DNA from: Massalongia carnosa | Lineage: Eukaryota | DNA length: 64,000 bases | Direction of reading: 5' to 3' | NCBI GenBank assembly: GCA_965645245.1 | Contig: OZ287077.1 | Span: 1,178,001 to 1,242,000, forward strand | Shown: positions 49,606 through 62,043 of the stretch, one piece after another | How positions within the stretch are numbered: position 1 is the stretch's first letter | Layout of the letters: each line of letters begins with the position of its first letter | Notes under the pieces: generated by a model | Database searches by the model: none | Told to the model about the DNA's origin: nothing | What the model saw: only the letters and a program-made list of their open reading frames with translations | Program-made: the position numbers and the translations under genes

Positions 49606-51202
49606 TTACCACAGGACTTCCGCATGAACGGACGGAGGGGGTTCCTCCGTTGCGGCGTTGTCCCCATGTAGCGGAAACGGTCTGCAATGCCACGCTCTCG
49701 TGAACCGTCTCGCTTCGTTCTCATCCCTAAACGAAATAATCCACCTCAGACACATGCGCCGAGCATAGCTCGGATCCGTCTCCTCCGTGTAATCACCCTC
49801 CTCCAGTTCCTCGTCAGCAAGAAGCGGAGCCTCCACCTTCTCGATCGACTTCTCCCCTTCAGCAAGCGCCCACGCCAACCCGCGGCGTTGGCCGTCCCGA
49901 CTGATCATGTCCCTTACCACAGCCAAACCAAGCTGATGATAGCCACTGACCCACAGCAAAACCGCCCTCCCCGTGCGATCCCCTGTGGGGTCGCCGCCGC
50001 CGACGATCTGCGCATACCCCCGCTGGGTCAGGAGGCGCTTGACGTCGGGCGAATACGGCGCGAAGAGCACCCGCAGCGCCATCCGTTGCGACGGCGGACA
50101 CAGCGCGTAGTTCTGCAGCAGGCTGTACACGTCCTGGCCCTCCACCAGCATGCCTGGAGGGGGCGCGATGGGCGATTCGATTGAGGTCGGCGTGTGCGCC
50201 CGCGCCATGCGGTGGAGGGACACGACGTGCGCCTGGTACGCTCGCGCGTGAGCCGCGTTGGGGAACAGCAGGAAATACTGCCCTGATTGTTGGAGGGTCG
50301 TCGGGTCGCGGGCCGGGATTACTGGATTGCGGAAATGAATGTTAGAAGATTTTATTCTGTTATGAAAAGCGTAGCTGCTGCTGCTGCTGCCACCATCGCC
50401 ATTTTTTTTTCTTTTTCTTTTCCTTTCGGAAATCCTCGTATATATATATATATACAGATAAGAATTGATAGGGAGGTAGAAGAGTAAACTTACCTTTCAG
50501 GATATCCCCCAACCCCTTCCAGTCCCCGATGTGCCGGCCTCGGGGCGCGATGCGCCTGAAATCGCTTTCCACGAGGGACTTGCTCGCACGCCGAATCACG
50601 AGGATGGTCAACTCCCACCGCCGAAACGCCTCTCTCTCTGCCGCCAATTCGTGCGGCCGCTCTCGATCGTAGTAGGGACTTTCCCCTTCCCCTCCCCCTT
50701 CATCCTGGTGGGGGACATCCATGGCGTCTACGTCCGGAAGCGCGAGCCGGGGGATTACGTGTTTCCCTTCATCATTTTCTAGTCCTTTTCTTTCTTCTTC
50801 TCCTTTATCATCATCATCTTCTTCTTCTTCTTTCTCTCTGGTGCTCCTGCGCCTGTTATTGTTGTTATTACGCCGCCTCTTCCCTTTGTCCGGGAAGAGC
50901 TCTTCAAGAAGGGAGAGCCCTTGGTTTCTCGACGGGGGGGGTGGCTTCTCCCCCCCCCTCCCCCCCTCCTCCTCCCCCTCCTCCTCCTCCTCCTCCTGCT
51001 TCTTCGTCTTCGTCTTCTTCTGGGCGTCGTTTCTGGTGGTGTTGTGTATTAGGCGGCGAAATCTGGGGAAGAGTTGCCTGGCACGCTGCCATTGCGCTAG
51101 GGGTGGTGATGCTGTGAGATGGGGAGATGCCGTTAGCGGAAGTAGTAGTGGCAGTGGCAGTGGCAGTGGCAGTGGCAGGAACCGTGGTATTGTTATTGGC
51201 AT
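49606..51202 (-). CDS. hypothetical fungal protein with a low-complexity N-terminus (2 exons, intron 50493-50322)
   Basis: ORFs 50360-51202 and 49606-50223 join in frame (DILK/VIPARDPTTLQ); globular-looking blocks SKSLVESDFRR and RWIISF..EARRF..WH. Confidence 0.75.
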
Positions 51203-51617
51203 GGGTTATCTTGGGGGGTTGGATGGTGATGTGAGGATATTGATCTGGAGGGACCCCGGGTTGTGGAGAGCGACTAGAGGGAACATCATCTGTCATGTAC
51301 CGTTCTATTTTATGACTGATTTAGATAATTGATATTTGAGAAGCAATGAACAAAGACGACATTGAAATACCTAACTGCAATCCTATTAGGGTGTACGCCG
51401 TACTTTCATGGTTATTAGTTGATTGTTAATTACATTTTTAATTGTTTTAAGTATTAAATTTTACAATCTTACAGATTAGCTAATTAAGTAGTCTTATCTT
51501 ACGGTATTATAGACCATTTGCATAATCCTGGGTTAACACTAATAGTTATGTAAGAATTCATTGCGCAACATATGTACTGCAGATCTAATGAACAGTTCAA
51601 CTACAATCTACCCAACT

Positions 51618-52740
51618 ATGCCGTCAACATCTCCAGAACGCGGGCGTTCGCGGTCTCGCCAGCAAATCGCTCGATCGGACTCACCCCCAAAGCCACAAGT
51701 ATCGCCTCGGCGATCAATATCACCCCGAAGCGCCTCGCGCTCTCGAGCACCAAGCCGTGTACCGCCTGCCCATAGACGACCATCCCGAACCCGCAATGGG
51801 GTGAAAGGCGCAGCAAGAAGCAGGAGCCCGGTTCGGAGTCCGTCTAGGAGTCTAAGTGGTGGTGACCGCACGAAACGAAGATATCGAGATCGGAGCTATT
51901 CTCGAAGTCACAGCAGAGGTCCAAGCATACCGAAAAGCTCCAAGGTAAAATGAAATACTTTATTGTAAACAAAGTATGCTTGACTAACGTTCACTCAAGA
52001 TTGTGGTCGAGAAACTTACCAAAAACGTAAACAACAATCATCTTCGAGAAATATTTGGCGTGTATGGCCCGATTCAAGATCTAGATCTCCCAATCAATAG
52101 GCAATGTTCGCTTTCCCATTGCAATTCTTTGATAAACCATCTAACTCGAGTAGTCATGACGAACCGCGGAACGGCCTATATACTCTACGCCGCTACCGCC
52201 GATGCAGAGGCTGCGATCGCGCATATGCACGAGGCACAGATTGATGGCGCCATTGTTAGCGTTTCCATCGTCCTTCCTCGGCGTAAGTTTTCTCGATCCC
52301 CGCCGCCTGCCCGGAAAGGGAGACAGGCGTTGGATCGCTTTGATACGCGAGGGCCGGCCGTTGGGGGATATCGTGGTGGCCCGCCCCCCGTCGCCTTTGT
52401 AGGAGCTGGATCTGGACGATATCGCTCCCCCCCGCCGAGACGAGGGTCGCCCCCGAGGAGGTATGGAGGGCGAACAGGTCCCAGAGATCGCGATCTGGAT
52501 ACCTATCGACCAAGGTCCTACTCGCTGTCAAGATCTCCTAGGACACGTTCAAGGTCGCTTTCGTCTAGGTCTCGCAGCCGAACCCCGGTGCGGAGAAATC
52601 GGGGGTTTGGACGCCGGGAGACCCCCCCTCCTGCGAGAGGAGATAGGAGAAGGAGAAGTCCTAGCTATTCAAGCGTGTCTAGCTATACTGATCGAAGTCG
52701 TAGCAGAAGCAGAGGCAGGTATGGAAGAGGTAGAGAGTGA
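51618..52740 (+). CDS. RNPS1-like SR-rich RRM protein (3 exons)
   Basis: RS repeats flanking an RRM (IVVEKLTKNV..HLREIFG..NRGTAYI..AIAHMHEAQIDG). Confidence 0.88.
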
Positions 52741-53129
52741 CTGAGCTTGAGACTCTGGCAAGGATCAGTTGGGCGCGATAGCTAATATGCCTTGGAAACC
52801 TACCACAAGACAAGAATAGAGAGCCTCCCTGCTTTCATGCGTTTGGCGGTACAACAATAATCTCTTTGAAGTAGAACCTCCTGAAGCATGAATTACGTTA
52901 AGGGCTTAGGTGTTGTATTACTGTACCGTTAACTACCTAGTTATCAACCTGAATTGTTCTACATTTCTAGGAAAATATGATGACCGTAAGACGAAAGTAA
53001 TCTTTTGTTTGCATAAAGTGGATATGCTCGGAATTAGTCAATTTGCCTCTACAATCTATCTTACATCTTTCGCATTATGAAAACTCGTCCAACCACCGTA
53101 GAGCTACACATTCTCTTGGTCTACTAATC

Positions 53130-55421
53130 TTACACCTGCTGTTTCCCCCATTCTTTGTACTTCCGTATCATTTCCGGCGTGATTTTGGGACTCACCTCCT
53201 CTAAAGCTCGATCAAAATGCCTCTTCCCAATCCTCTGTTGCTGGCCCGACTGCACCTGCTCCTCAAGCGCGGCATAGCCGGCTATTTGGCAGAAACTCAC
53301 GAGCTCCGCGCCTGAGTAGCCAGCTGTTAGAAATGCCAAGCTGCCCGCATCAACCTCGTCATCGACGTCCATCCTCCGAATCCGAATCTGCAATATCTCT
53401 TGCCGAACATCAAAATCCGGTAAACCGACGTAAAGGGCGGTATCGAGTCGTCCAGGCCGCATGAGGGCAGGATCGAGCATCTCGGGCTTGTTCGTGGCAG
53501 CAAGAACGAACACCCCTTTCAGTATTTCTATTCCATCAAGTTCGTTTAGTAGGGTTGTCAATACGCTCAACCCACCATTCAGGGTGGATGATCCGCTTGA
53601 TGACCCAATTGCGTCGATTTCGTCGAAGAAGATAATGCTTGGGCTTGCAGCACGGGCTTTGCGGAAAACCTCTCGAATCGCACGCTCGGATTCGCCAACG
53701 TACATGTTCAGTAGTTCCGCGCCTTTGACCGCAATAAAGTTGAGGCCAGTTTCTGTAGCCACAGCTTTAGCAGTGAGAGTTTTTGAACAGCCAGGAGGCC
53801 CATATAGAAGTAGTCCCTTCTTTGGTTCAATGCCAAGCCGGTCCATTTCAGTTGAATACTGGGTTAGGTAAGAGATTCATGGACTTAATAGTAGAAGTTT
53901 ATGCTGTACCTTGAAAAGCCATCCAACAGCTTGCTCTAAAGCCTTTTTGATTTCATGCTGCCCCCCGATATCATTCCATCTAACCTTTGGGACGTCCAAA
54001 AACACCTCTCGCATAGCTGTAGGTCTGACATCAAGGAGCGCCTTTTCAAGGTCCGTTAGCATGACTTCAAGTTCAACGACCGGCTTCGCCACGTTAGTAT
54101 CATTAGTCGATGGATTTTCGCGATTCTGGCCTTCTTTTAAACGAGCCACTCCCTTCTCGACGGCAACTTGGGCCAGTCTATCAAGATCAGCTCCTACAAA
54201 TCCATGAGTTCGCTCTGCAATTGTCTCAAGTGCTTCAACCTTAGTATTCTTCGGTAGGCCACTGACAATTTTTAATATTTCCGCTCTTGCTGTTGAGTCT
54301 GGCACTGGTATTTCAATCTCGAATTCGAAACGTCCGGGCCTCCTTAGGCTTTCATCCACATTTGGCAAACTGACTGTGGCTGCGACAACGAATACTCGAG
54401 CATCTCCAAGCCCATCAAATTCTTCACAAAGGCTGGAGGCAATGTTAACAGACGCTTCAAGCGAATGGGAATAATTTCTGCATGCTATGGACTCAATCCC
54501 ATCTATTATAACCAGGCTCGGTTGATGAAGGTGAGCCTCAACAAACAAATCATGGAGCATTGATTTTCCATCAAACTTTCGTTCCTTAAACGTTGTGGTG
54601 TTGACTCGTAGAACCCTTTGCCAGCTAGCCAATGCCAGTCTTGCTAGCATCATACTTTTTCCAGTTCCAGAGGGACCATGAAGAATAACCCCGCCACGGC
54701 GTGGCCGATAATACGAAGGAAATTTGATTGGACTGTGGAGGTCGTCATACGCACTCAAGCGATCGTTCAATTCTTTCAACTGCCTGTCTAAACCCCCGAC
54801 ATCTTCAGGGTCAAGCTTTAAGATAGGCTTGAGACAACTGTGAGTGGTGTTATCCGTATCTGTAATTTGAACCTTCGTTTGGGGGTGAATACGGTAGAGT
54901 GCCCGCTGGCTAGAACAATTGATATAATCTACCCGGAAAGATCGCCTCTGCCCTTTGACCTCTACACTATCAAGAACAATTCCAGGGCAAACATATTCAG
55001 CAATTTCCAAGGTATATTGCAGGACCCAGGCCCAATGCAACCGATCAGTCTTACCAAGGCTAGGGAGGGGGGATTTTAGATTCAATTGGGGAACTTCGGA
55101 TAATACAACCAGTTTTGCAATCTCAACCGCAGCATGCCTTCGTGCTATTGTAACATTGTCGCCGAGTTTTAGGCTGTATAGATTTTGCAGAGTTTTTGAG
55201 GTCTGCACCACTGTATCTTGAATTTTCTCCGAGGCCGGCCATACAGTGACCAATTCGTCAACTCCTGCTGAAGTCTGTAGGAGACAAATGTCGCCAGCGC
55301 AAAGATTATTGAGAACGAGTGCTGTTGATGACAGATAAACTCTGAACAAATCTTTGAGATCCGTTCGTGCAGGCTTGGAGAATGGTCGCACAACAAATTT
55401 TGGTGGACCCGAGAGGTGCAT
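53130..55421 (-). CDS. AFG2: double AAA ATPase, Afg2/Drg1 (SPATA5)-like (2 exons)
   Basis: D1 GPSGTGKS, linker VRPTAMREVFLDVPKVRW, D2 GPPGCSKT and IIFFDEID. Confidence 0.87.
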
Positions 55422-55830
55422 GATGCAATGGAAGCGCTGTATGGAGCTGAATGAGCAAATCTCATGACGTATACATTACTTTTGTTGAAATAGTCTTCTG
55501 TTGCTAGGAAATAAAAGCCTCACTCGTTTGAGCTAGGTTACCGTATTTCAACAAGTACAGCCAGATCGGGTTATCGCTTTCGTCGCTGCGAAGGCACCCT
55601 CTCGCACTTACTATAAATGGTCTAAACCTCCCGAAACTTAAAATATTGACCAATCAAGTCTAGACGTTGCTACCCCTATTTGCCACAGTGTCCAATCAAT
55701 TACTATTTACATGTATTCCATTCACTCCTTTAACTTAAGATGAATTGCTTGCCAGCAGTCCTGATTTTTACAGCAAGGCTTAATCGGATGACATCTTCCA
55801 CATGCTCACTTTGTCTGAGCACCTCGTCGC

Positions 55831-56191
55831 TACGCCGCGCAACGGGTCGGGCTGGGTCGGGGTTTGTCTTGTCGAACCCAACCCGTTCCCGGGTTAACCC
55901 ACTTGACCTGTTCGACCCGGTTTATTTTTTATGTCAATATTAAACGTGTTTTTTAGACGTTTTAAACACATTTGAAAATTCTGAAAATTCTGAAAATTAG
56001 TCATCAAGAAAGGATAATTAGTAAGCAAAAAATTTATCACTTTAAACGTCATATTTTCGTCGAATTTTAATATTTAATTTGCAGAAAAAATGACCGGGTT
56101 GAACGATTTAACCCGGAAACCCGCATAAAAAACCCGACCCGAAAACCCGACCCAAACCCGACGGGTTTAACCTAACCCGTTGTGCGGCGTA
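55831..56191. mobile_element. non-autonomous hAT-like element (MITE)
   Basis: 17-bp TIRs TACGCCGCRCAACGGGT, subterminal CGGGT/ACCCG repeats, same terminus as the hAT at 56457. Confidence 0.75.
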
Positions 56192-56330
56192 TACTTAGGG
56201 TTAAAAAGGTAAACAAAATTTTGTTGATCTAATTACTAATGCAAAGCAGCAAATTACTAGTATAAGGGGGTGGTGCCTTCACAGCGACGAAAGCAATAAG
56301 AAACTGCTGATTAAGAAACCTCGGCTAATG

Positions 56331-56434
56331 AGTCATTTGAGCTTCTCTAGAGCAAAAAACGTACTCAAATTGAGTGTGGGAGAGCTTTAGCAAGGCTCTT
56401 GCAGAGTTTTTCTACTGGTCGTATGCGACCGATG
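56331..56434. repeat. dispersed ~100-bp repeat, copy A (copy B at 59648-59750)
   Basis: Direct alignment by eye: 15 substitutions and one indel over about 103 nt. Confidence 0.9.
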
Positions 56435-56456
56435 CCAAAACCTAACTAAGTACAGA

Positions 56457-57968
56457 TACGCCGCGGAATGGGTTGAGTTGGGTTGGGTTCGGGTTGGGTT
56501 ATTGTTGGGTTAGGTTGGGTTCGGGTTGGGTTCGGGTTGGGTTTTCATAGGGTTACCCAAATCACATGCTTAGTAATAGTAATCAATAACCTTGACTTAT
56601 CAACGTGGCGATCGGCGTTAGTATCTTATGTATTCTCAACTATACCATCTACTTACCACCAGGCATACTCTTCCTGGTGGTTGGTTTTCTTATCGCACCA
56701 GTTCTGGCACCTGGTCCGGGTATTCTGTCGAGTGTTCGGTTTGGAATTCGCGCAGGTTTGCGCGTACGCTTGCGCGGAGTCTTCGGTGCCATATCTAAAA
56801 GTCAATAGGCAAGCAGACAGGTTATCAGTGGTCGCGCGTGGCTACTAGGTTAGGATGGGTATGGTTAGGTTCAGTATGACTAGGTTGGGTTGGCTAGTTT
56901 AGGTTGAATATGTATGCATGCGTTGGATTTGACTGAGTGTTTAGAACATAAACGTAGTTATTAATACTTTATCGCACCATAATCTAGTCAATGAAGTTAC
57001 ATTCCTACAGCTACATTCCTACTGCTAAATCCTATATATATATTCCTATATATACAATGCTCGTCATTCGCAACAATCAGCAGCTCGCAGATGATAGATT
57101 CAGAGATATACGATCTTCAAGTTATGGGCAAACCCAGCAGATGCTACGCATATGTAGCCGAGAAGAGCGAGGAGTTTATGGAATGGTGGCGAAGTACGAG
57201 ATGGCATTTTGCTAATGAAGAGAAGAGTAGAAAGGCGATGAAGAAGATCGATTAGGGATCGACTAAAAGAAAGGCGGCGGAATGGAAAGAGTTTCAGGAA
57301 GGCGCCACTGTGGGCGATGGTAATCGCAAATTAATCTGCTCGCGATGCTCCCTGGTCTTGACTCATCCCTCACTGGGATCCGGAAATAACTGCATGACTA
57401 ATCACTTAAATTCTGAGTCCTGTAAAAAGACGTCGACATTAAAAGGAATGAAGCAACTTTCCTTAAAGGTTAGATATCGTGCCGAAGTATGACTACCACA
57501 AAGACTACCACATTACCTGCTTTGCTAATAAATATTAGATTGAAGCAAAAAGACAAGAAGCCTTAACTCTCAACAGGCGTAGACTAAAAAAGGATGATTT
57601 CACGCCTCAATTGCTTCGTATGATTGTTGCTCTTGGGCTACAGTTACGAAGTTTCGCCAATGTAGAATTGCAAAGAGCGTTTAACTGTTTGCTCGATAAT
57701 GTACAGTTTCCTTTACCATCGACAATCAAGAATCGCTTGATGACCCGAAGTCAAGAGGTTATTCCGCTTTTGCTCGAGAGGCTACCTAGGGGTAGTTCAA
57801 AGGTCTCTCTGGCTTTGGATTTTTGGTCGTCATTTAATCGTCAAGGTTATCTGGCCATCAATGCTTACTTCATTGACGATAAATGGAATTATTACGAAGT
57901 GCTTCTTGCCTCTAAACAGGTTGAAGGCTCTCACCCGGGAATAAAACTTGCTGAAGTATTGAACAGCG
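56457..57968 (+). mobile_element. decayed hAT transposon, truncated by a LINE insertion
   Basis: Terminus TACGCCGCGG, GGGTT subterminal arrays, BED-finger remnant (LICSRC..MTNHL), catalytic-region VSLALDFWSS..YLAINAYFID; stops and frameshifts. Confidence 0.85.
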
Positions 57969-59590
57969 TTTTTTTAAAAATTTTTTTTTATTCATTAAGT
58001 GTATTAAACCTAAGGTTATGACACTAAACTATTTTAGGATATGTTTCTATAATACAAATAAATCAACCCTTTATAACCCATCTATGTATCGTCAATTTTC
58101 CCCCGTTTTTACTCCGTGTTAGTAACAACCTATAGTAATCGAGAAATTATCGATTTTACAATTTGTCTTAGTAAGTTCGTAAATGTTTCAACATAAATCA
58201 TTTCTGATTTTACTGTTCGATCTCTCCCCAGCCTTCCGTTTCAACAATTTCGTCATCAAGCTGACCTAGTATCCATTTTCTAGTCACGATTTTGTTATTG
58301 ACAATGAATTTAATCAAAATGTCATTTCCAATTTTTGTATTAAACAACATATTCAAGTTGATAGTAGTATCGACATTTTGTTTCATGTTTTGAATTTAAT
58401 CGAAATAGTGAATGCAATTCAATAACAAGTGTTCCGGCGTTTATAGTTGATTGCATCTATTTGTGCATTTTGACGAATTATAATCTTTCAATCGATGTAA
58501 ATATGATCGAAAATAACCGTGTCCGAATTTTAATTGCATAATAGTGGCAAATATCAATTTGGAGCAGTTGTTTGATAAATAATAAAAACTCGATATGCCA
58601 GGTTGCATTTCGAATTTCTCATAGTATTTGCCTTTCGATTTGCATTGTTGCCATTGATTCGTCCATGTAGTTAGCATATTTTGATTTAGTTGATCTTTTA
58701 CATAGTCAAATGTTATCGCCGAGGACTCGACTAGGATTCGATTATGTCCCGTCTTTGCTGTTTTGTCTGCAATTTCGTTTTCGGTAATTTTCGAATGACT
58801 CGGAATCCATTGCAAAATCACCTGATAATTGCTTTCAAATAAGCGTTTTGCGATCTTTCGAATTTGTCTTGAGAAAATATGATTTATCAAGTTCTGAATT
58901 TCGTTTATCGCCTTTATGCTATCAGAAAAAATCCAAATCGTTTTTTCTAAGTTCGATAAAATATTAGTATTCGACAATTTATAGACCCATTTCATTGCTT
59001 GTAAAATCGCATGCAGTTCAGCATTTTTAATGCTTGACTGTTTGCTTAATTTCCAGCTTTTCGAAATCGTATGATACTTGATCAGAAAATCTTTTTCGAT
59101 AAATCGATCAAAATTATCAATAATATTATTCCAATTCCGCAAAATTGGTGCAAATATGACTGCAGACGTTGCAAATTCGATTTTTGATCCATCCGTATAA
59201 AGTAAAACTCGGGATTTATCGGAGTTCATTGATTGAATTTTTGATAAGGTCGAATAATAACTTGATTTTGCAGATTCTTTTGTATTTTCGATTTGAAATT
59301 CGATTTTGTATGACGATTTCCAAGGTTTAATGAAATGATTTAATTGTTCAAATTAATCAGTTTTGTGAACTATGTCAGAAACGGAATGAAGAACGCGAAT
59401 AAGCTGACTAGGGTGTCGTTTATTTGTCTGTTTTTCATCTTCGTTCCATTCTGCATATTTGTTGTTCCATAAGCTAGTGTCAAACCGATGTTTTCATATT
59501 TTATCGAATTTGTTTTTGGAATTCTTTGACAAATGGGATTATTTTCGGCAATCTTCAATAATCGAATAAAAGACCACCTATCGAAACACA
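57969..59590 (-). mobile_element. 5'-truncated, decayed LINE (RNase H, CCHC finger, A-rich tail)
   Basis: YTDGSK, NAELHAI, IFSDS, QWIPSH in ORF 58441-59229; GHGYF..C..C..TPEHLLLNC; T-runs at 57968-57989; right boundary approximate. Confidence 0.85.
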
Positions 59591-59647
59591 AGTACCGCAA
59601 CTTTTGATACTCTAAAACTTTCACAGTCAATTGAAAATCTCTTTCTC

Positions 59648-59750
59648 AGTCATTTGAGCTCCTCCAGAGCAAAAACGGACTCAGATTGAGTGTAGGAGAG
59701 CTCTAGCAAAGCTCCAGCAGAGATTTTCTGCTGGTCGCACGCGACAGACG
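59648..59750. repeat. dispersed ~100-bp repeat, copy B, palindrome-rich
   Basis: Matches 56331-56434; contains CCAGCAGA/TCTGCTGG and ACTCA/TGAGT inverted repeats. Confidence 0.9.
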
Positions 59751-60468
59751 TGATAAAGCGCGCTCAAGAAGTTATAAAAAACAACAAATACCAACAATAT
59801 CACCAAAAATCGCTCTTTTTTCTCACTTTCTTCTGTTCTGTTGTCGCATTACCCTCAATTATTACTACAAGAATTATCTACAAAAAATATCTACTGTCGC
59901 GGTACTGTACAACAACTGTCGCGACGACCAACTTTTTTGAAGTTCATTTCTCATTTAAGGTTACGGGAACTTCCGCAAGCTCAAATATTCACAGTATATT
60001 TCACGTATAATTTCTGCATATACCATTTTAGGCTTTATCGATCTCCATTGAACGGCCGGTCAACAGATCACTGAAAAGAAGGGGAAAAACGTCTGGAATA
60101 GGATTATACCAAAGATCCTATTTCAGATTAATCAGAATAGGAAGTCTCTTATTATCTTACCTTGCCTTAGATCTATTTTTATCGCAAAAAAGCAAAAAAA
60201 AACCTTTCATTATTTTCAACTATTGTAGTGTCTGGTAAAGGGTTAAATAAGATTTACTGCCTAAGCGAGGAACGGTCTATTTTAACCCGATTAGGATTTA
60301 TTTGACGAGTTATTGTCATACAAATAGGGATAGGAAAGCAAGAGTCGTTAGACCTGTAAATTGGTGTAAATTTCTATTCTGATTAGTACGTCCGGGGAAC
60401 ATCAGAATAAATTATTTGGTGGTGATAAAAGGGATATTGAAAAGGCATATCGATTTATTTATTAAATC

Positions 60469-62043
60469 ATGTTCAATCCGGTACTCCCTAGGACTCGACG
60501 AATTATATCGAGAGCCTCCCCGGGAACACCCCTGAGCACTCCTCAAAACCCTCCCCAAATGGAATCTCCGGGGCTCTCGTCAGTAGGACTTATAGAAAAA
60601 TCGCCTGTACTTGACGAGCCTATGGATCAATCACATGAATATTCGTCCGCCCCGACTACGCCGACCCCAAAAGCAACCAAATTCCCATCTGGACAATTTA
60701 CTACCAATCTACCCATGCCATCGTTAAATTCTAATATAGAATTAAGCCCGCCCATCAAACGTAACAAACGAAAAACATTCGACGAACGAGTAGAGGAAAG
60801 CCAAGAAGCAATCAATCGAGCACAATCGATTGGATTACTCAAAACGGCTAAAACCGCGTTATTGAAGTCATTTGTCTTAGATCAAAATCCAGAAACAGCA
60901 ATAGTCATTGATAATGTCAATTCCTTATTGACAAAAAAATCAATTAATATCAAAACAACACTAGACATGATGAATTGGAAATTGGACAAGGTAATTGATC
61001 AGACTAGTAATCGAACCTCAGAAACAACGCGAAAATCGACTCGGGTTCAACAAGTCAATATGACTGAAAATCCAAATAAAGTCGTCAACACGAACGCACG
61101 AAAGGAAACCGCCGGGGTTACGAGTACAAAGGTCAATAACACGCCTCCATCCTGGAGTCAAATGCTTGGAAAAGCAACTGCGAATTCCGAAAATTGGACC
61201 ACTGTTTCCAGATCGAAAAATTCGAGTCAAACCTCGAACAAACTCGACAAAACCGACGAATTAAATGCAATCAAACTCAGACGACTGATAATTACACCAA
61301 AAATTCAAATCGGCGATATCGACTCATTGAAACTTCGAGATCAAATCAACGCGCAATTCAGCAACGCGAAGTTAGATATCGTAATCAACACGGTCGAAAA
61401 ATCGAAAACCGGTCAGAATATCGTTCTCACTACTAGTTCGAAAAACACTGCTGCAGAATTGTTGGAAAACAAATCTATATGGGAACATATGTTCGATGCA
61501 CAAAGAATTCGAAAAGACGAATCCTGGTTTAAAGTGATCGCACATGGAGTAAATATTGCAACGTTTGATCAAAATATGCAATTTTTGCAAAATGAAATCC
61601 AGAAATTCAACCTTAAGATGGAATTGTGCGATTTACCCAGATGGCTAGCGCGAGATCGCGAAAATAAAGTCAATTCTTCGGTCGTTTTGACTTTTAACGA
61701 TCGAAATCAGGCCTTAAACGCGTTAAAAGGCGTAAATATCGCGGGAAAACACTGTGACACGGAAATATTTACTTCCGTTCGTCCGAATACACAATGTATT
61801 AATTGTCAAAAATTCGGACACAAGCATTATCAGTGTCGAAACAAATCAAAATGCAATATTTGTGCACAAAATCATGAAACACGTAATCATGAATGCATAA
61901 CATGCAAATCGAAAACTGCGTGTGCACACGTTGTTGTGAAATGTGCAAACTGCAATAAAAATCATCAATCAAATGATGAACATTGTGAAATGTTTACTAT
62001 ATTAAATCCACGAAAATCGGCTGACGAATTATCCGCCTTATAA
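60469..62043 (+). CDS. LINE (Tad1-like) ORF1, gag-like protein
   Basis: 524-aa ORF with Cys/His knuckles CINCQKFGHKHYQC, CNICAQNH and CANCNKNH..C. Confidence 0.9.
   Translation: MFNPVLPRTRRIISRASPGTPLSTPQNPPQMESPGLSSVGLIEKSPVLDEPMDQSHEYSSAPTTPTPKATKFPSGQFTTNLPMPSLNSNIELSPPIKRNKRKTFDERVEESQEAINRAQSIGLLKTAKTALLKSFVLDQNPETAIVIDNVNSLLTKKSINIKTTLDMMNWKLDKVIDQTSNRTSETTRKSTRVQQVNMTENPNKVVNTNARKETAGVTSTKVNNTPPSWSQMLGKATANSENWTTVSRSKNSSQTSNKLDKTDELNAIKLRRLIITPKIQIGDIDSLKLRDQINAQFSNAKLDIVINTVEKSKTGQNIVLTTSSKNTAAELLENKSIWEHMFDAQRIRKDESWFKVIAHGVNIATFDQNMQFLQNEIQKFNLKMELCDLPRWLARDRENKVNSSVVLTFNDRNQALNALKGVNIAGKHCDTEIFTSVRPNTQCINCQKFGHKHYQCRNKSKCNICAQNHETRNHECITCKSKTACAHVVVKCANCNKNHQSNDEHCEMFTILNPRKSADELSAL

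Noticed and set aside
50721..51332. 203-aa plus-strand ORF and the many other antisense or overlapping ORFs in the track
   Set aside because: Shadow frames of real genes or of simple repeats, with no recognisable motifs
56470..56560. GGGTT-rich tract as telomeric repeats
   Set aside because: Not tandem TTAGGG; explained by hAT subterminal repeats
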